Positions 19,643-30,065 of a stretch of DNA of 64,000 nucleotides are shown one piece after another. Position 1 is the first letter of the stretch; the number at the start of each line of letters is the position of its first letter. The notes under the pieces were generated by a model. That model searched no databases. It worked only from the letters and a program-made list of their open reading frames with translations, and had not been told where the DNA came from. Origin of the DNA: a plasmid; sequence record NZ_CP148139.1. One strand, written 5' to 3'. The position numbers and the translations under genes are program-made.

Positions 19643-21052
19643 TTATTGGGCGTTCACACCATCTGGAACGTGAATTGGTTTCGTACCGACCATGAATGTA
19701 TTAAATATTTCGTTTATTCTGACTAAACCACCATGCTTAACAATGTAACCATCATGTATTTGTCGAAGGGTTACTTTTGCATCTCGTATCATTTCACGCT
19801 GTTTTTTGATATGAGCAAAAATAGGTTCCTCATTGTTTTCTATAATTCTATCTGCACTGCTTTCTGCGACAGTTAACATATCGTTTAAATATACGAAGGC
19901 TGCTTCATAACTAATTATTTCAGATATATTTCTGTAATAGTGCATTGCTCTAGTAGTATCTTGACCTTCTATTAATTTGTAACCATTAGTGACAGCCCCA
20001 TTAACATTGAAAAACAATACTTTTTGCTTTATGTTTTCAGCAGGTTTCTCATTGCTTATATATTTTTGAAGATAGTTATATTTTTCAAATATATCTAAGA
20101 ATTGAGTCTGAAGCCCATCAACCTTAATTTTCTTCGGTGCTGGAGCTATGCAGGTGTCTTTTGATGTACCACAGCCATAGATTTGAACATTTTCTTTTTC
20201 TTTTGAGCCTTTCATCAACAGTTCATAGACTTCCTCAATAGGGATGGGGGCAATTGTTTGGTGCAATATGGGAGTGGATTTGTCATTAGATTGTGTGGCT
20301 TCTTTTACAATAACCATACCAGTCAAACTCATAACTAATTCTTTTTGTTCGTCAGTAGAATTTAAAAATCCACTATTAAATCCACCTTTACTTAATAAAC
20401 ACCACATTACATTACCGTAGTGAGTACACGGTTTTGTTAAACCGGCTTTTTGTGCTGCCATCATTGGCGGTTGTTTACCTAACACCTCGGATTTATAGCT
20501 ATTGAATGAATCCTGAATACCTTTTGACGAAAGCTGTGCAGACACTGACGTTTTCATTTCTTCGCTAATTGCACCTGCCATATCTACCATTAAACCTTTT
20601 GATAATTGACATGAGTTGGCGGTGTATTCATTCAGCTTTTGTATGATGGATTGTAGTTTTGATAATTCCCCTCCCAGTACGGCATCCATAGCGTTAATAG
20701 CCAACTGAAATGCCAGACCGACAGAATTAGCCGCGATATTTCGGAGCAATTGAATAAATTCTTCCGTGTTAATGAAACTGAATGACCCTGCAAAGAAATC
20801 AATACCGGCACACCCACCAGACGCTTTAGGTAACGTTACGTTAACGGGTGTAAGGGTTCGTAGTTGATTACGGACCACGAAGCCCCCTCCTACGTACCCC
20901 TCGCGAGTAACACTCTTATAAGAACCACCGCTGGTTGTGTTCGACATAGAGCCAAACATCTTATTTAATTGCTCGTTTACATCAGCGGATTGACTAATAG
21001 GAGTAAATCCGAAAAGAGCTGTAACAACCAAACTTAATAATGTCTTTTTCAT
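19643..21052 (-). CDS. traH: pilus assembly protein TraH
   Basis: Signal peptide, ~469 aa, and synteny with traF-traH-traG. Confidence 0.6.
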   Translation of the reverse strand: MKKTLLSLVVTALFGFTPISQSADVNEQLNKMFGSMSNTTSGGSYKSVTREGYVGGGFVVRNQLRTLTPVNVTLPKASGGCAGIDFFAGSFSFINTEEFIQLLRNIAANSVGLAFQLAINAMDAVLGGELSKLQSIIQKLNEYTANSCQLSKGLMVDMAGAISEEMKTSVSAQLSSKGIQDSFNSYKSEVLGKQPPMMAAQKAGLTKPCTHYGNVMWCLLSKGGFNSGFLNSTDEQKELVMSLTGMVIVKEATQSNDKSTPILHQTIAPIPIEEVYELLMKGSKEKENVQIYGCGTSKDTCIAPAPKKIKVDGLQTQFLDIFEKYNYLQKYISNEKPAENIKQKVLFFNVNGAVTNGYKLIEGQDTTRAMHYYRNISEIISYEAAFVYLNDMLTVAESSADRIIENNEEPIFAHIKKQREMIRDAKVTLRQIHDGYIVKHGGLVRINEIFNTFMVGTKPIHVPDGVNAQ

Positions 21053-21067
21053 TACGAAATTAGCCTT

Positions 21068-22099
21068 TTAAGGTTTTGTAACTTGAGATCGTTTTTGGAT
21101 ATATTCAACAAATAGAATTGGGTCATTTAAAATATCGTCTGGCATATCTTTGATTATGTCGCTGTCAATATATCCATTGTGATTAAGGGGAAGTGTGCTT
21201 GTGTAATCTTGTTCAGAAATTAGTTTTGCATCTTTAGCAATCAACACAGTGCGTTCCTTCAGAGAATCACTACTGATAGCGCTAAATGAAATGATTCTGA
21301 TATCTTTAGGGGGTATGGCTAATGCAATCGCTGGTACATTAGTAATTCCAAGTTTTTTGGCTTGACCGGTATCAATTTTCATATTGTTAAATTCATTTTG
21401 AGGTAGAGGGAGACCATCAACAGAAATAGGAATTACATTTATGCTAGTTTCATGACTAAATGTTTTTAAAACAAAGGCTTGCTTCTCACATAAAGGACAG
21501 TCCTTTCCTTTAAAAAAGAAAAAGATACCTGCTTTACTTGAAATGCTATTCAAAACACGTCCTCTATTTTCGTCAGCTACTCGTGTTTGCTCCATAGCCG
21601 CAAATGAGGATGTGGATCGGCGATTGTTTTCATCAATGAAAGGATCAGTAGTAGTTACCAGTCTCGCCATATCTGCATAACGGCTGGCTTTGTCCAGCAT
21701 GATCCGTTGCACGTAATAGTATCGCCTTACATTCTCTTTAGTCGGATTGTCAATTGCCTCATCTCGTAACTTCTGAATGTTTTCCCGATACCATTTAACA
21801 GTAAATTTCGGCTCTGGTGCAGGAGCTGGCGCTGGTATTAGTTTTGGTTCAACTGGCTTAGGTTTTGGTGTATCTGGTTTTGGTTTAGTTGGAATGATTG
21901 GCTTTGGTTTCGTGACTTGCTTTTCATTATAGAAAAACCACCCTTCATCTTTTTTTTCCAAGTCTTGTACACTTCCACCAATTACCTGCTCAGAATCATC
22001 GTATGCTTTCTTGGGCTCCTGATTTGCCAAAGAATAACCTGTTCCTGAAAATGAGATAGCTACAATTACAGCCATAGATAAATATTTATGTTTTCTCAT
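21068..22099 (-). CDS. traF: TraF/TrbB-like periplasmic thioredoxin-fold pilus assembly protein
   Basis: Signal peptide, a KP/AP-rich linker, and a C-terminal thioredoxin-like segment carrying 'CPLC'. Confidence 0.6.
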   Translation of the reverse strand: MRKHKYLSMAVIVAISFSGTGYSLANQEPKKAYDDSEQVIGGSVQDLEKKDEGWFFYNEKQVTKPKPIIPTKPKPDTPKPKPVEPKLIPAPAPAPEPKFTVKWYRENIQKLRDEAIDNPTKENVRRYYYVQRIMLDKASRYADMARLVTTTDPFIDENNRRSTSSFAAMEQTRVADENRGRVLNSISSKAGIFFFFKGKDCPLCEKQAFVLKTFSHETSINVIPISVDGLPLPQNEFNNMKIDTGQAKKLGITNVPAIALAIPPKDIRIISFSAISSDSLKERTVLIAKDAKLISEQDYTSTLPLNHNGYIDSDIIKDMPDDILNDPILFVEYIQKRSQVTKP

Positions 22100-22248
22100 T
22101 GAAATTCACTTATGTTTGATGACAGCGACCTAATAAAAATGTTTTGCATTAGGAAAACACTGTTTTTATTCATTTTTTACATGGAAAATATTTGTATTTT
22201 ATAATTGCAATAATTATTTTTTCTTGTATTAGGGTGATAAATTTCAAG

Positions 22249-22277
22249 CAAAAAAAAGCCCCCGACGAAGGAGGCTT
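22249..22277 (-). terminator. rho-independent terminator after the vWA gene
   Basis: On the minus strand: agcctcc-ttcgtc-gggggct followed by T8. Confidence 0.5.
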
Positions 22278-22334
22278 TATAGTTGTTGTAAGTGAAAACA
22301 AACTTTGTGTAACAACGCGAAAAGTAACCTTTTA

Positions 22335-24110
22335 CTATCGTGCTGTGACTATTAAATTTGCACACATTTGAAGTATGGATTGCTCAATTTCATTGAAATT
22401 ATTGATAAATATTGTATTTTTACCAAATATCCCCTTGAAATAGGCTTCGTTTGCACCATCTTCGTTCAATACAAAGGTACAGACTTCTATCCCTTCGATT
22501 GTTGCTGAATTGATGATTTCTTTTGTCTTTTTATCATCATTAGGTTCCCCGTCAGTGATAATAAAAATCATCTTTTTCTTTTCCCTTGATAGAGCGATTT
22601 CGCTTATTACGGGAATCAAACTTTCAGCCAATGGAGTAGAGCCTAAACATCCTTTGTGCGTAAAAACACCTTGAGAAATACTTGCGCGAAGCGGTGTGTA
22701 TCTTGGCTTCATCGTTTGTACTAGTAGTGAATTGGATTCTTCAACGTAAAACGGAAATGCATAGCAAGCGGTTGAAACACCTGAGATATTTAACCCTTCC
22801 AATACTGCAATGACGGAAGATAATGCAGCTCGAATACGAGATGTATCAAAGTGGTATTCATGCATTGAGGAACTAGTATCAAGTAAAATAGAACAAGCAC
22901 AATTTGGGCTTTGGATAACATTTTTAGTCTTAAAAATGTTAGTGTTTCCCGTTTTAACACCTGCTAATTTACTAGATTTAATTCTTGCGCCTTGCTCCCT
23001 TAACCGTGAAGTGGATGTAGTATTATCATGGACTAATTTTTCAAATGACCGGCGTAATCTACTTCCTGTTGTCAAACTTCTTTTAATATCAAGAGAAGTT
23101 ATTGTTTGAGTGGCTTGATCAAAATTCTTCTTCCACTCTGTGTTAATAATAGCAACGTTAAAAAAATCATTAACTATTCCCTTGGAACTCATATCCTTTT
23201 TAAGTTGTTCCTTATTCGAGATTGTAGATGTTATATCTTGAATAACATTGGCATTTATAGTATCGAATGAAACATCCTTAAAAATATCGCTAAAACTCTC
23301 TGGATCTGAATCTAAATCGTCAATATCAGTTTCGGTTGAAAAATTGGCGTCATTAGGTCCATTTGAAGTTTTACCCATACCAGAGCAGTCAGAGTTGCCA
23401 GAACCGTCAGAGTCATTCCCCTCAGAGTTACCGTAATTATCAGAGCTCCCATTAGAAGGAGGTAACGTATCTTGTGGTTTGAGTTGAAGGGCTGTTGCTA
23501 GAACAATGAATAATTTTTTTGCGATCAGATTATTATCGACAGTAGTTGTGGATAAAAGCACCATTTCTAATAATCTATCAACCTTGTCAGAAATTGTTTT
23601 GGTAAAGATTGAAATGAATTGAAGTTTTAGATCGTTAATGTTGTTAACAACGACTCCGTTATATTTACTTCTACCATGCAGTAAAACGTAGTTGATGAAA
23701 AACGTAATTTTTTCCTCAATTGAAATAACGGAGTTAATAGGCTTTTCGGTAAAAACATGTTGTCTTACGGCATCCAAGTAATACTTGGCACCACCATAAA
23801 CATGCTCTAACTTTGATTCAATCCAGATATCTTCGCAAATGTTTTCTAATACACTAATATATTTGTTGCCTGTTTGAGCAACAAATGAAAAATCAGTGAA
23901 TTTGGCATGTCCAATTTCATGAAGTAAAAAACCTAACAAAATATTACCGAAAGATGTATCAGTTGTGTAAGGAATCCCTATTTCATATTTACCACTTTCA
24001 GATACACCACAATACGCTTCATCAGTAGTAAACTTAATTGAAATGTCAAATTTGCCAGCCAATACATTAGCAACGATTGCTAATGAGGCTGCACTTCTTA
24101 ATTGTTTCAT
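22335..24110 (-). CDS. vWA-domain protein with N-terminal HExxH metallopeptidase-like motif (CobT-like partner of the AAA ATPase)
   Basis: The vWA MIDAS motif 'LLDTSSSM' plus 'ITDGEPND' is present. The N-terminal region carries 'LLHEIGHAKF'. A Ser/Asp/Gly-rich linker lies between the two. Confidence 0.65.
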   Translation of the reverse strand: MKQLRSAASLAIVANVLAGKFDISIKFTTDEAYCGVSESGKYEIGIPYTTDTSFGNILLGFLLHEIGHAKFTDFSFVAQTGNKYISVLENICEDIWIESKLEHVYGGAKYYLDAVRQHVFTEKPINSVISIEEKITFFINYVLLHGRSKYNGVVVNNINDLKLQFISIFTKTISDKVDRLLEMVLLSTTTVDNNLIAKKLFIVLATALQLKPQDTLPPSNGSSDNYGNSEGNDSDGSGNSDCSGMGKTSNGPNDANFSTETDIDDLDSDPESFSDIFKDVSFDTINANVIQDITSTISNKEQLKKDMSSKGIVNDFFNVAIINTEWKKNFDQATQTITSLDIKRSLTTGSRLRRSFEKLVHDNTTSTSRLREQGARIKSSKLAGVKTGNTNIFKTKNVIQSPNCACSILLDTSSSMHEYHFDTSRIRAALSSVIAVLEGLNISGVSTACYAFPFYVEESNSLLVQTMKPRYTPLRASISQGVFTHKGCLGSTPLAESLIPVISEIALSREKKKMIFIITDGEPNDDKKTKEIINSATIEGIEVCTFVLNEDGANEAYFKGIFGKNTIFINNFNEIEQSILQMCANLIVTAR

Positions 24111-24122
24111 ATATATACCTAT

Positions 24123-24160
24123 TTAAATAAAAACGCCTGAATAAATTCAGGCGTTAGTTT
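24123..24160 (-). terminator. rho-independent terminator
   Basis: aacgcctgaa-ttta-ttcaggcgtt followed by a T-rich run on the minus strand. Confidence 0.5.
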
Positions 24161-24174
24161 GGTTTCCCATATTA

Positions 24175-25362
24175 TTAGTAGAAAAATGGAACATCCTGAT
24201 TTTCATCTTCAACACTAAAGGATGAACTTGCAGGTAGATCCGAAGAAACTACTTCAGGTTCTGATTGAACATCAATTGGTGTCGGAGTTGGTGTCGTATT
24301 TTCTACAACATCTTGACTCACATTCGGCACTGTAACCGTTTGTGAGTTTTCGGCGACATTCACAATGTTTAAATCGTTTTCTGTTGGTTCAGCAAGATCA
24401 TCTTCATCGACTACAATTTCAATGAAATCACTATCAGTATTACCCGTTACAGGTACTGAAGTTGGTATGGCAATTGATACATCAATGTTGTTTGTAGTTT
24501 GTGGTAAAACAGTTAATTCCACATCTGATACATTGTTCACATTGGTGGAGTTTATTAACTGCTTCAAAGTTTTAATGTCTGATAACGTAATAAAAAGTGT
24601 TGTTACGGCAATTGATTCGTCATTAGACAATCTCCCAACGCTTGGCAACGTTGAAATAAAGTTACTCAAATAATCACTTAAACTGCCAGCATCTGGATTT
24701 AATACAGCTAATCCTTTCAGCTTACTTGCAACTTCTCGTAACGTATTGAGTGTAGTTTGAGATATGTTTGATGCATTGTATGAGCCACGTTCCCGTAACT
24801 CAGAAATTCTATCAACAACATCAAGCAGGACAGATTCTTTAAGGCTTTGTACTTTTTCTTCTGACTCGCCTTCACCAAAGGGTGAAATATTGAAAGAAGA
24901 AAAACCAAATTGTAGCTTTTCATCTAACCGCTTGACGTCAATCACTTCGGACTCAAACAGTTTTTTTACAGTTTCATCTTCTTTATCTAACCATGAAAGA
25001 AAATCAGTTGATATAGCGGATAAAAACTCATTTTTGAATATATAGAATTGGTCCTTTAAATCATTCAACTGCTGTCTTACGTGACTTGCAAGTGAAGTCG
25101 GCACTGCATACCCGTTCAAGAATGGAACACCATATTTTGAACAGATTGCATCAGCACCAGTACGAAAGGTACGCATTTTGTTGATTTTTGCAGGGTCAAT
25201 AACCTTTTTGGTTCCGAGGCTGGCTATTGTTTCGGGAGGCAGAACTATATCTCCAGTGTTAATAACCTTAATATCTTTACCTTTAAGTGTTTTTCTTCCA
25301 GTAGTTAAACGGATACCTTCCAGAGAAAAAATTACTACGTTTTCAAGAATGTTTGGGCTCAT
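24175..25362 (-). CDS. hypothetical protein (395 aa) between the AAA and vWA genes
   Basis: Conserved-looking N-terminal half, acidic and Thr-rich C-terminal tail. Position is typical of a cobS-DUF-vWA triad. Confidence 0.45.
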   Translation of the reverse strand: MSPNILENVVIFSLEGIRLTTGRKTLKGKDIKVINTGDIVLPPETIASLGTKKVIDPAKINKMRTFRTGADAICSKYGVPFLNGYAVPTSLASHVRQQLNDLKDQFYIFKNEFLSAISTDFLSWLDKEDETVKKLFESEVIDVKRLDEKLQFGFSSFNISPFGEGESEEKVQSLKESVLLDVVDRISELRERGSYNASNISQTTLNTLREVASKLKGLAVLNPDAGSLSDYLSNFISTLPSVGRLSNDESIAVTTLFITLSDIKTLKQLINSTNVNNVSDVELTVLPQTTNNIDVSIAIPTSVPVTGNTDSDFIEIVVDEDDLAEPTENDLNIVNVAENSQTVTVPNVSQDVVENTTPTPTPIDVQSEPEVVSSDLPASSSFSVEDENQDVPFFY

Positions 25363-25460
25363 AAATTCACCTACATATTTATATATTTAAAAAAGGCAAA
25401 TAGATAAATCTATTTACCTTGTCGATTTATTAATAATTAAAATTAAAAATAAGATTTGAA

Positions 25461-26468
25461 TTAAGATTTAAAATAAACATTAAACATATCGTTCAATGCT
25501 ATTTTTTCATCTTCAGGAGCTCTGTTAGAGATATGTAATTGCCATGCATCTAACAGAATATCTACCGGTGGTTGTTTAGAACGAAGCATAAAATCGAAAC
25601 GGCGAACAACATTCACAAGGCTTCTAGTTGAAATAGCGGTACTACTGAAGTTAGTGACTGTCGCAGATGTACTTTTACGTACATCGTTAGCCAGCTTTAT
25701 TAGTCCATCCGTCAGTAACTGATGTGATTCAGGATCAGACAAAAATGAAGCAAGTAGCTTACGTTCTTCTTTTTCGGGCATATAGTCAGCCTCAACAAAC
25801 ATAAACCTATCGAGGTTGGCTATATTCTGCGGTTTTACACCACTGTAATTTCCTGTCATATCACCGGTCCCATTACTGTTTGCAGTTACTGCAAATCTAA
25901 AGTTTTCATGGTGATGAATGCATTCATTTGTTTCAGGAATGACAAGAGAACCCATCTCTAAGATCCCGTTGAGGGAATTAGCTACGGAAGGTTCTAATTG
26001 GTCATACTCATCAATCAGAAAAACCAACCCATGCTTATACGCGATGGTTAGCGGTCCTTCATGAAAGACGGTTTCTTGATCACCCGTTAATTTATCGACT
26101 TTTAGCCGAAAACTACCGAGTAAGCTACTCATATCAAGATCAGGACTGGCTGTTACTTTCATCAATCCCCAATTCATACGAGCAGCAATTTGCTCAACTA
26201 TTGACGATTTTCCACAGCCAGTAGGTCCAGAAATCCAGAGTGATGTATCTAATGGGTTATCAAACCACATTAACACATGCTTTCTGAGTGAAGGTTCAAA
26301 CACATACTTCTCATTAAATTTCGGGATATACTCTGAAAATTGATGGTCATTAGAAAAACCCTTGATACTATATTTGCCCTTTAAATTCTCAGGCAGAATA
26401 ATACCTAAAGATTCCATATCGACCGGAGTGTTACGTTTAATATCAAAACTGTTATTTACAGCGTTCAT
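25461..26468 (-). CDS. AAA+ ATPase, MoxR/CobS-like
   Basis: Walker A 'GPTGCGKSS' and Walker B 'LVFLIDEYD'. About 335 aa. Confidence 0.7.
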   Translation of the reverse strand: MNAVNNSFDIKRNTPVDMESLGIILPENLKGKYSIKGFSNDHQFSEYIPKFNEKYVFEPSLRKHVLMWFDNPLDTSLWISGPTGCGKSSIVEQIAARMNWGLMKVTASPDLDMSSLLGSFRLKVDKLTGDQETVFHEGPLTIAYKHGLVFLIDEYDQLEPSVANSLNGILEMGSLVIPETNECIHHHENFRFAVTANSNGTGDMTGNYSGVKPQNIANLDRFMFVEADYMPEKEERKLLASFLSDPESHQLLTDGLIKLANDVRKSTSATVTNFSSTAISTRSLVNVVRRFDFMLRSKQPPVDILLDAWQLHISNRAPEDEKIALNDMFNVYFKS

Positions 26469-26521
26469 ATATTTACCTATTTAAATAATAAACATTCAAA
26501 TTAATTTGAGGTTTAAGTTTG

Positions 26522-26890
26522 TTAAATTGAACAATTAATAACACCGCAATGACGTTGACGTTTTAAAACCTCGCCATTCACAAATGTTGTTACTTGTTTT
26601 ACGTTGGTCATGTAAGTTTCAATGTCTAAATCTCTCATGCTTTTAGTAATAAAAGGAATGAGAAAAGATTTTCCACCAATCAAACATTTATTTGTTTTGT
26701 ACTTAACACTCAAGAATTCAGCAAATAAAGCAATGCTATTTGCTTGGTTTAATAAATCTTTTCTTTCGGTGTTTGTAACACGTAATAGCATACGAAGTTT
26801 TTCATTTTCATCTTGAGTTAAATCAATAACGCCAAAGTTTTTTTGATCCTCGGATGCAGCATAAGTTGTCATATTAATGATATTATTCAT
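26522..26890 (-). CDS. hypothetical protein (122 aa)
   Basis: ORF only. Confidence 0.35.
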   Translation of the reverse strand: MNNIINMTTYAASEDQKNFGVIDLTQDENEKLRMLLRVTNTERKDLLNQANSIALFAEFLSVKYKTNKCLIGGKSFLIPFITKSMRDLDIETYMTNVKQVTTFVNGEVLKRQRHCGVINCSI

Positions 26891-26927
26891 TGATAATCCT
26901 TAAAACCTGAATTAAAACTCAGGGTTA

Positions 26928-28034
26928 TTATAAATATTTATATATATCTATTATTGAATCACCTTTCTGATTATTATCGTTATCTTGATAATTATCAGAG
27001 GATGATATTGAATTGGAAGAATGATATTCATAACTTGTTATTGATGTTCTAATTGACGACTCACCATAACAATCAGGATGATCTTCTTCATTGATACCCA
27101 ATTTCTCTCTTAGTTTCTTCCAAGAAAATCGTGGAGCGCTTTGAGATTCTAAATATCGAATTCCAAAGCCTTCAAGCCTCAAGGGAGCATTAGGTTGTAA
27201 CTTTAATACAGATGATAAAACCTTTATTTCATTTCTTATCTGTTCATCAAATGATGCTACTTTTTCTTTAGCTTCATTCAATTGTTTTTGTGCTAATTGA
27301 AATGCAGATTGTAATTCAACTAACTTTTTGGTTCGTGATATTAAATTATCAGGATTAATATTACGTTCTTTTAGTACATCATCACTATTTAAATAAATTA
27401 TATCCTTATTTACATCAAATTCAGGAGGCGTTTTGTTATTAACGCAATTCCAGAATCTTTTGGTGATGGTAACAACCTTATTTATTATTTTGTCATTAAT
27501 TTTTAATTTAAAGACAATAGGTGTTTCTTTAGCAGACCAGAATACCAAGTACCCGTATGTGCTGCCAGTAACTACCATTTGATGATAAACCTGCCATTTG
27601 TAATAGTTGAAAACTGAAGATTTTGCTTTTTCCTCTAATAACATACGGTGATTTTTTGGGGATATATTTTTGAACTCTACAACATCATTATTATCAATAA
27701 GTCCATCAAGTGAGGCTATCATGTGCGGATATTTCCTACTACGCACGCAACATGGACTACTGATTTCCCCATACTGATTCTCAAACCAGTGTCGGGCGAA
27801 CTGTTCGGATAGCTTCCCTACTTCAACTTGCCGTATACATGACAAATCCTTTGGAGGAATAGCACCGATCCATTCTAAATATAAGCTGTAAGGAGTATTG
27901 CTGAACTCATTTTTAACCTCGGGATTTAGTGTGGGGGTACACGTAGCTGTTACACCCGTTTTTCTCCAGCTTAACCATTTATCAGAGCCTTGAATGAGAT
28001 CATATATATCGAAATTATTCATATTAATATCCAA
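26928..28034 (-). CDS. exo: YqaJ/lambda-Exo-like recombination exonuclease (PD-(D/E)XK)
   Basis: 'GSDKWLSWRKTGVTAT' and 'YSLYLEW' match the YqaJ N-terminal signature. 'ASLDGLID...VVEFK' matches the D...ExK catalytic motif. Confidence 0.7.
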   Translation of the reverse strand: MDINMNNFDIYDLIQGSDKWLSWRKTGVTATCTPTLNPEVKNEFSNTPYSLYLEWIGAIPPKDLSCIRQVEVGKLSEQFARHWFENQYGEISSPCCVRSRKYPHMIASLDGLIDNNDVVEFKNISPKNHRMLLEEKAKSSVFNYYKWQVYHQMVVTGSTYGYLVFWSAKETPIVFKLKINDKIINKVVTITKRFWNCVNNKTPPEFDVNKDIIYLNSDDVLKERNINPDNLISRTKKLVELQSAFQLAQKQLNEAKEKVASFDEQIRNEIKVLSSVLKLQPNAPLRLEGFGIRYLESQSAPRFSWKKLREKLGINEEDHPDCYGESSIRTSITSYEYHSSNSISSSDNYQDNDNNQKGDSIIDIYKYL

Positions 28035-28070
28035 AACCCGTAGATAAACTACGGGTCCGGTTGATATCTA

Positions 28071-29360
28071 TTAATTCCGCTCAATAGTAAGCAAAATATA
28101 ATCAGATAACGGTTTAAATTCGATAATAGACAACTTATTTATAAGTGGTGTCATATCGCTTTGTTTTTTGCAATCAGAGAATAACTGTCGGCAACAAGCT
28201 AAATCAGATTTAACTTGCTCAAGTGTTTTTATAAATGCCACTTGATCTGAACCTGAAACAGTTGAAATGAAATTATCAACATCTTCAAAATTATTATTCT
28301 GGATTGCATTAGTTAGTATTTTATTAAATACATTCTTTCTTTCTGCTATTAATTCCTCCTTTGCATATTCAATTTCAGCAGGATTAAACTCAAAGTTATT
28401 TGAGATTTCATCAAGCATACTTTCAAATGCATTGGTCTTGCTGCACCGTTCAACCAGCTTGTCAATCCGCCGTTTCACTCCATTACGAATGACATCAACT
28501 ACAATAGCCTCAGACACGTTTTTAGGCGAGTCTGTTACTACTGCTGAGTCTTGGTCGGTAAATGCGTGTACAGCTTCATAAGTAGTTGTTTCGAGCGAAA
28601 CAGGACGATTTTGAGTAAAACCCTCACCCCCATCTGTATTCAGATAATCAATTGTTCGCATGATTGCCTGATTAGCGTTAGGAAGTAAGTGTATACTGGA
28701 TTTGATAGCAGTTTTTCTGATCATCTGTGTAGTAAACAACGACCACGGAGATTTATCAGGACTATACAGCCAACTTGCAGATTTTAAACGGGCGCTTGCA
28801 ATATCACGTCTGGTTATGAAGTAAATCAAGTGAGTATCGTCATGCAGAAGGTAGTCAACATACACCCCCCTGAAATTACCTCTTTCACCGATTGAGCCTT
28901 TGTCGAATTGGTCTATAAGAATATTTCCAACATCAGCAAAAGGGTCATAGTGATGTGTTGGTGGTGTCCGTCTGCCATTGAACTCAAATTTATCTTTTTC
29001 AAAAACTAAATCTATAATTAAGTTTTTGCACATTTGAGCTTCAATAGCCATTTTAATTAAACCCAAATACGAGACATCAAGAATAACACGCTCATCTCTG
29101 GGTACTAAGTATGCTAATTTTTGAGCAGGGTCTAACGTTAGTGACGTTGTTGCAAGCTGTAAAAAAGCAGTTTTAAAACTAGCGGGATTATTAATAGCAA
29201 TCGCCATTAGTTTTTTGTTGTTATCAATCTGATTCTTAGCAAAAATTGCTTCATTAAAATACGATGTTTCACTAAGAGAGTTCTCAGTAAATTTCGGTTT
29301 TAAACTTGCGATTATGTTAGAAACAGCTTTGCTACCTTGAACTATATTCGATGATGACAT
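28071..29360 (-). CDS. bet: RecT/Bet-like single-strand annealing protein with C-terminal extension
   Basis: 'FLQLATTSLTLDPAQKLAYLVPR', 'YLGLIKMA', 'SPWSLFTTQMIRKTAIKSS..LLP' follow the RecT family pattern. It is paired with the exonuclease. Confidence 0.6.
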   Translation of the reverse strand: MSSSNIVQGSKAVSNIIASLKPKFTENSLSETSYFNEAIFAKNQIDNNKKLMAIAINNPASFKTAFLQLATTSLTLDPAQKLAYLVPRDERVILDVSYLGLIKMAIEAQMCKNLIIDLVFEKDKFEFNGRRTPPTHHYDPFADVGNILIDQFDKGSIGERGNFRGVYVDYLLHDDTHLIYFITRRDIASARLKSASWLYSPDKSPWSLFTTQMIRKTAIKSSIHLLPNANQAIMRTIDYLNTDGGEGFTQNRPVSLETTTYEAVHAFTDQDSAVVTDSPKNVSEAIVVDVIRNGVKRRIDKLVERCSKTNAFESMLDEISNNFEFNPAEIEYAKEELIAERKNVFNKILTNAIQNNNFEDVDNFISTVSGSDQVAFIKTLEQVKSDLACCRQLFSDCKKQSDMTPLINKLSIIEFKPLSDYILLTIERN

Positions 29361-29437
29361 ATATAAGATACCTATTTAAGAAACAAAAAAACCGCATATA
29401 GCGGCTATTGTTTGAATTGGAATTGATGAATATTAGT

Positions 29438-29935
29438 TCAAATAGATTTTTTACTATCTAATGAATTTAATAATTGGCTTTTTAACAAAAGCTGATTATT
29501 ATCATATTTATTTTCTTCCAATTTTTTATTTGATTCATCAAGCGAATTTCTGGATTTATTAAAGTTTAATATATCCGTTAACTCTCTGATGCGTTCTAAA
29601 CTTCTAACGCGCTGTTGTCTTGCTTCCTCATCTATTTCAATCTCTGATTTTGTTTGGTAAGTATTAACGCCATTGATTGATAATATAAATGGAAGAATAT
29701 AGAATCTTTCTTTAACAATATTGTTAATTACAGATTCTTTTAATTTAACTTCACCCTTTGCAAATATCGTATCATTGCTTTTAGCATTTGATAATATCTC
29801 TGCAAGTTTGAGGTCCTTACAAACTATATGAAAGTAAGCACTTTGATCTTCAAGCATGACATCATAAACTATTTTGTCTTTTACTTGAGTCGAGCGAATA
29901 ATATTTATTTTACCTGAGAATGATAATTCACACAT
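29438..29935 (-). CDS. putative SSB-like OB-fold protein (165 aa)
   Basis: Sits upstream of bet-exo, as ssb does in the SXT/IncC module. There is weak resemblance to the SSB beta-core ('YFHIVCKDLKLAEIL'). No acidic C-terminal tail. Confidence 0.3.
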   Translation of the reverse strand: MCELSFSGKINIIRSTQVKDKIVYDVMLEDQSAYFHIVCKDLKLAEILSNAKSNDTIFAKGEVKLKESVINNIVKERFYILPFILSINGVNTYQTKSEIEIDEEARQQRVRSLERIRELTDILNFNKSRNSLDESNKKLEENKYDNNQLLLKSQLLNSLDSKKSI

Positions 29936-30065
29936 ATTTTCACCTATTTATTAAATAAGAGACACATAATTAAAACTATGAGCTCAGAGTTTTTGAATAA
30001 AGTATATTCAATGATTGATTATATTTTATTAGGGCGTAGAAAAGCCTTGACTGTTAAGCGTGATG

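Noticed and set aside
29438-29935. A confident SSB call for the 165-aa protein
   Set aside because: Only a weak OB-fold-like pattern is visible. The conserved SSB acidic C-terminal tail is absent. I kept it as a low-confidence positional analogue.
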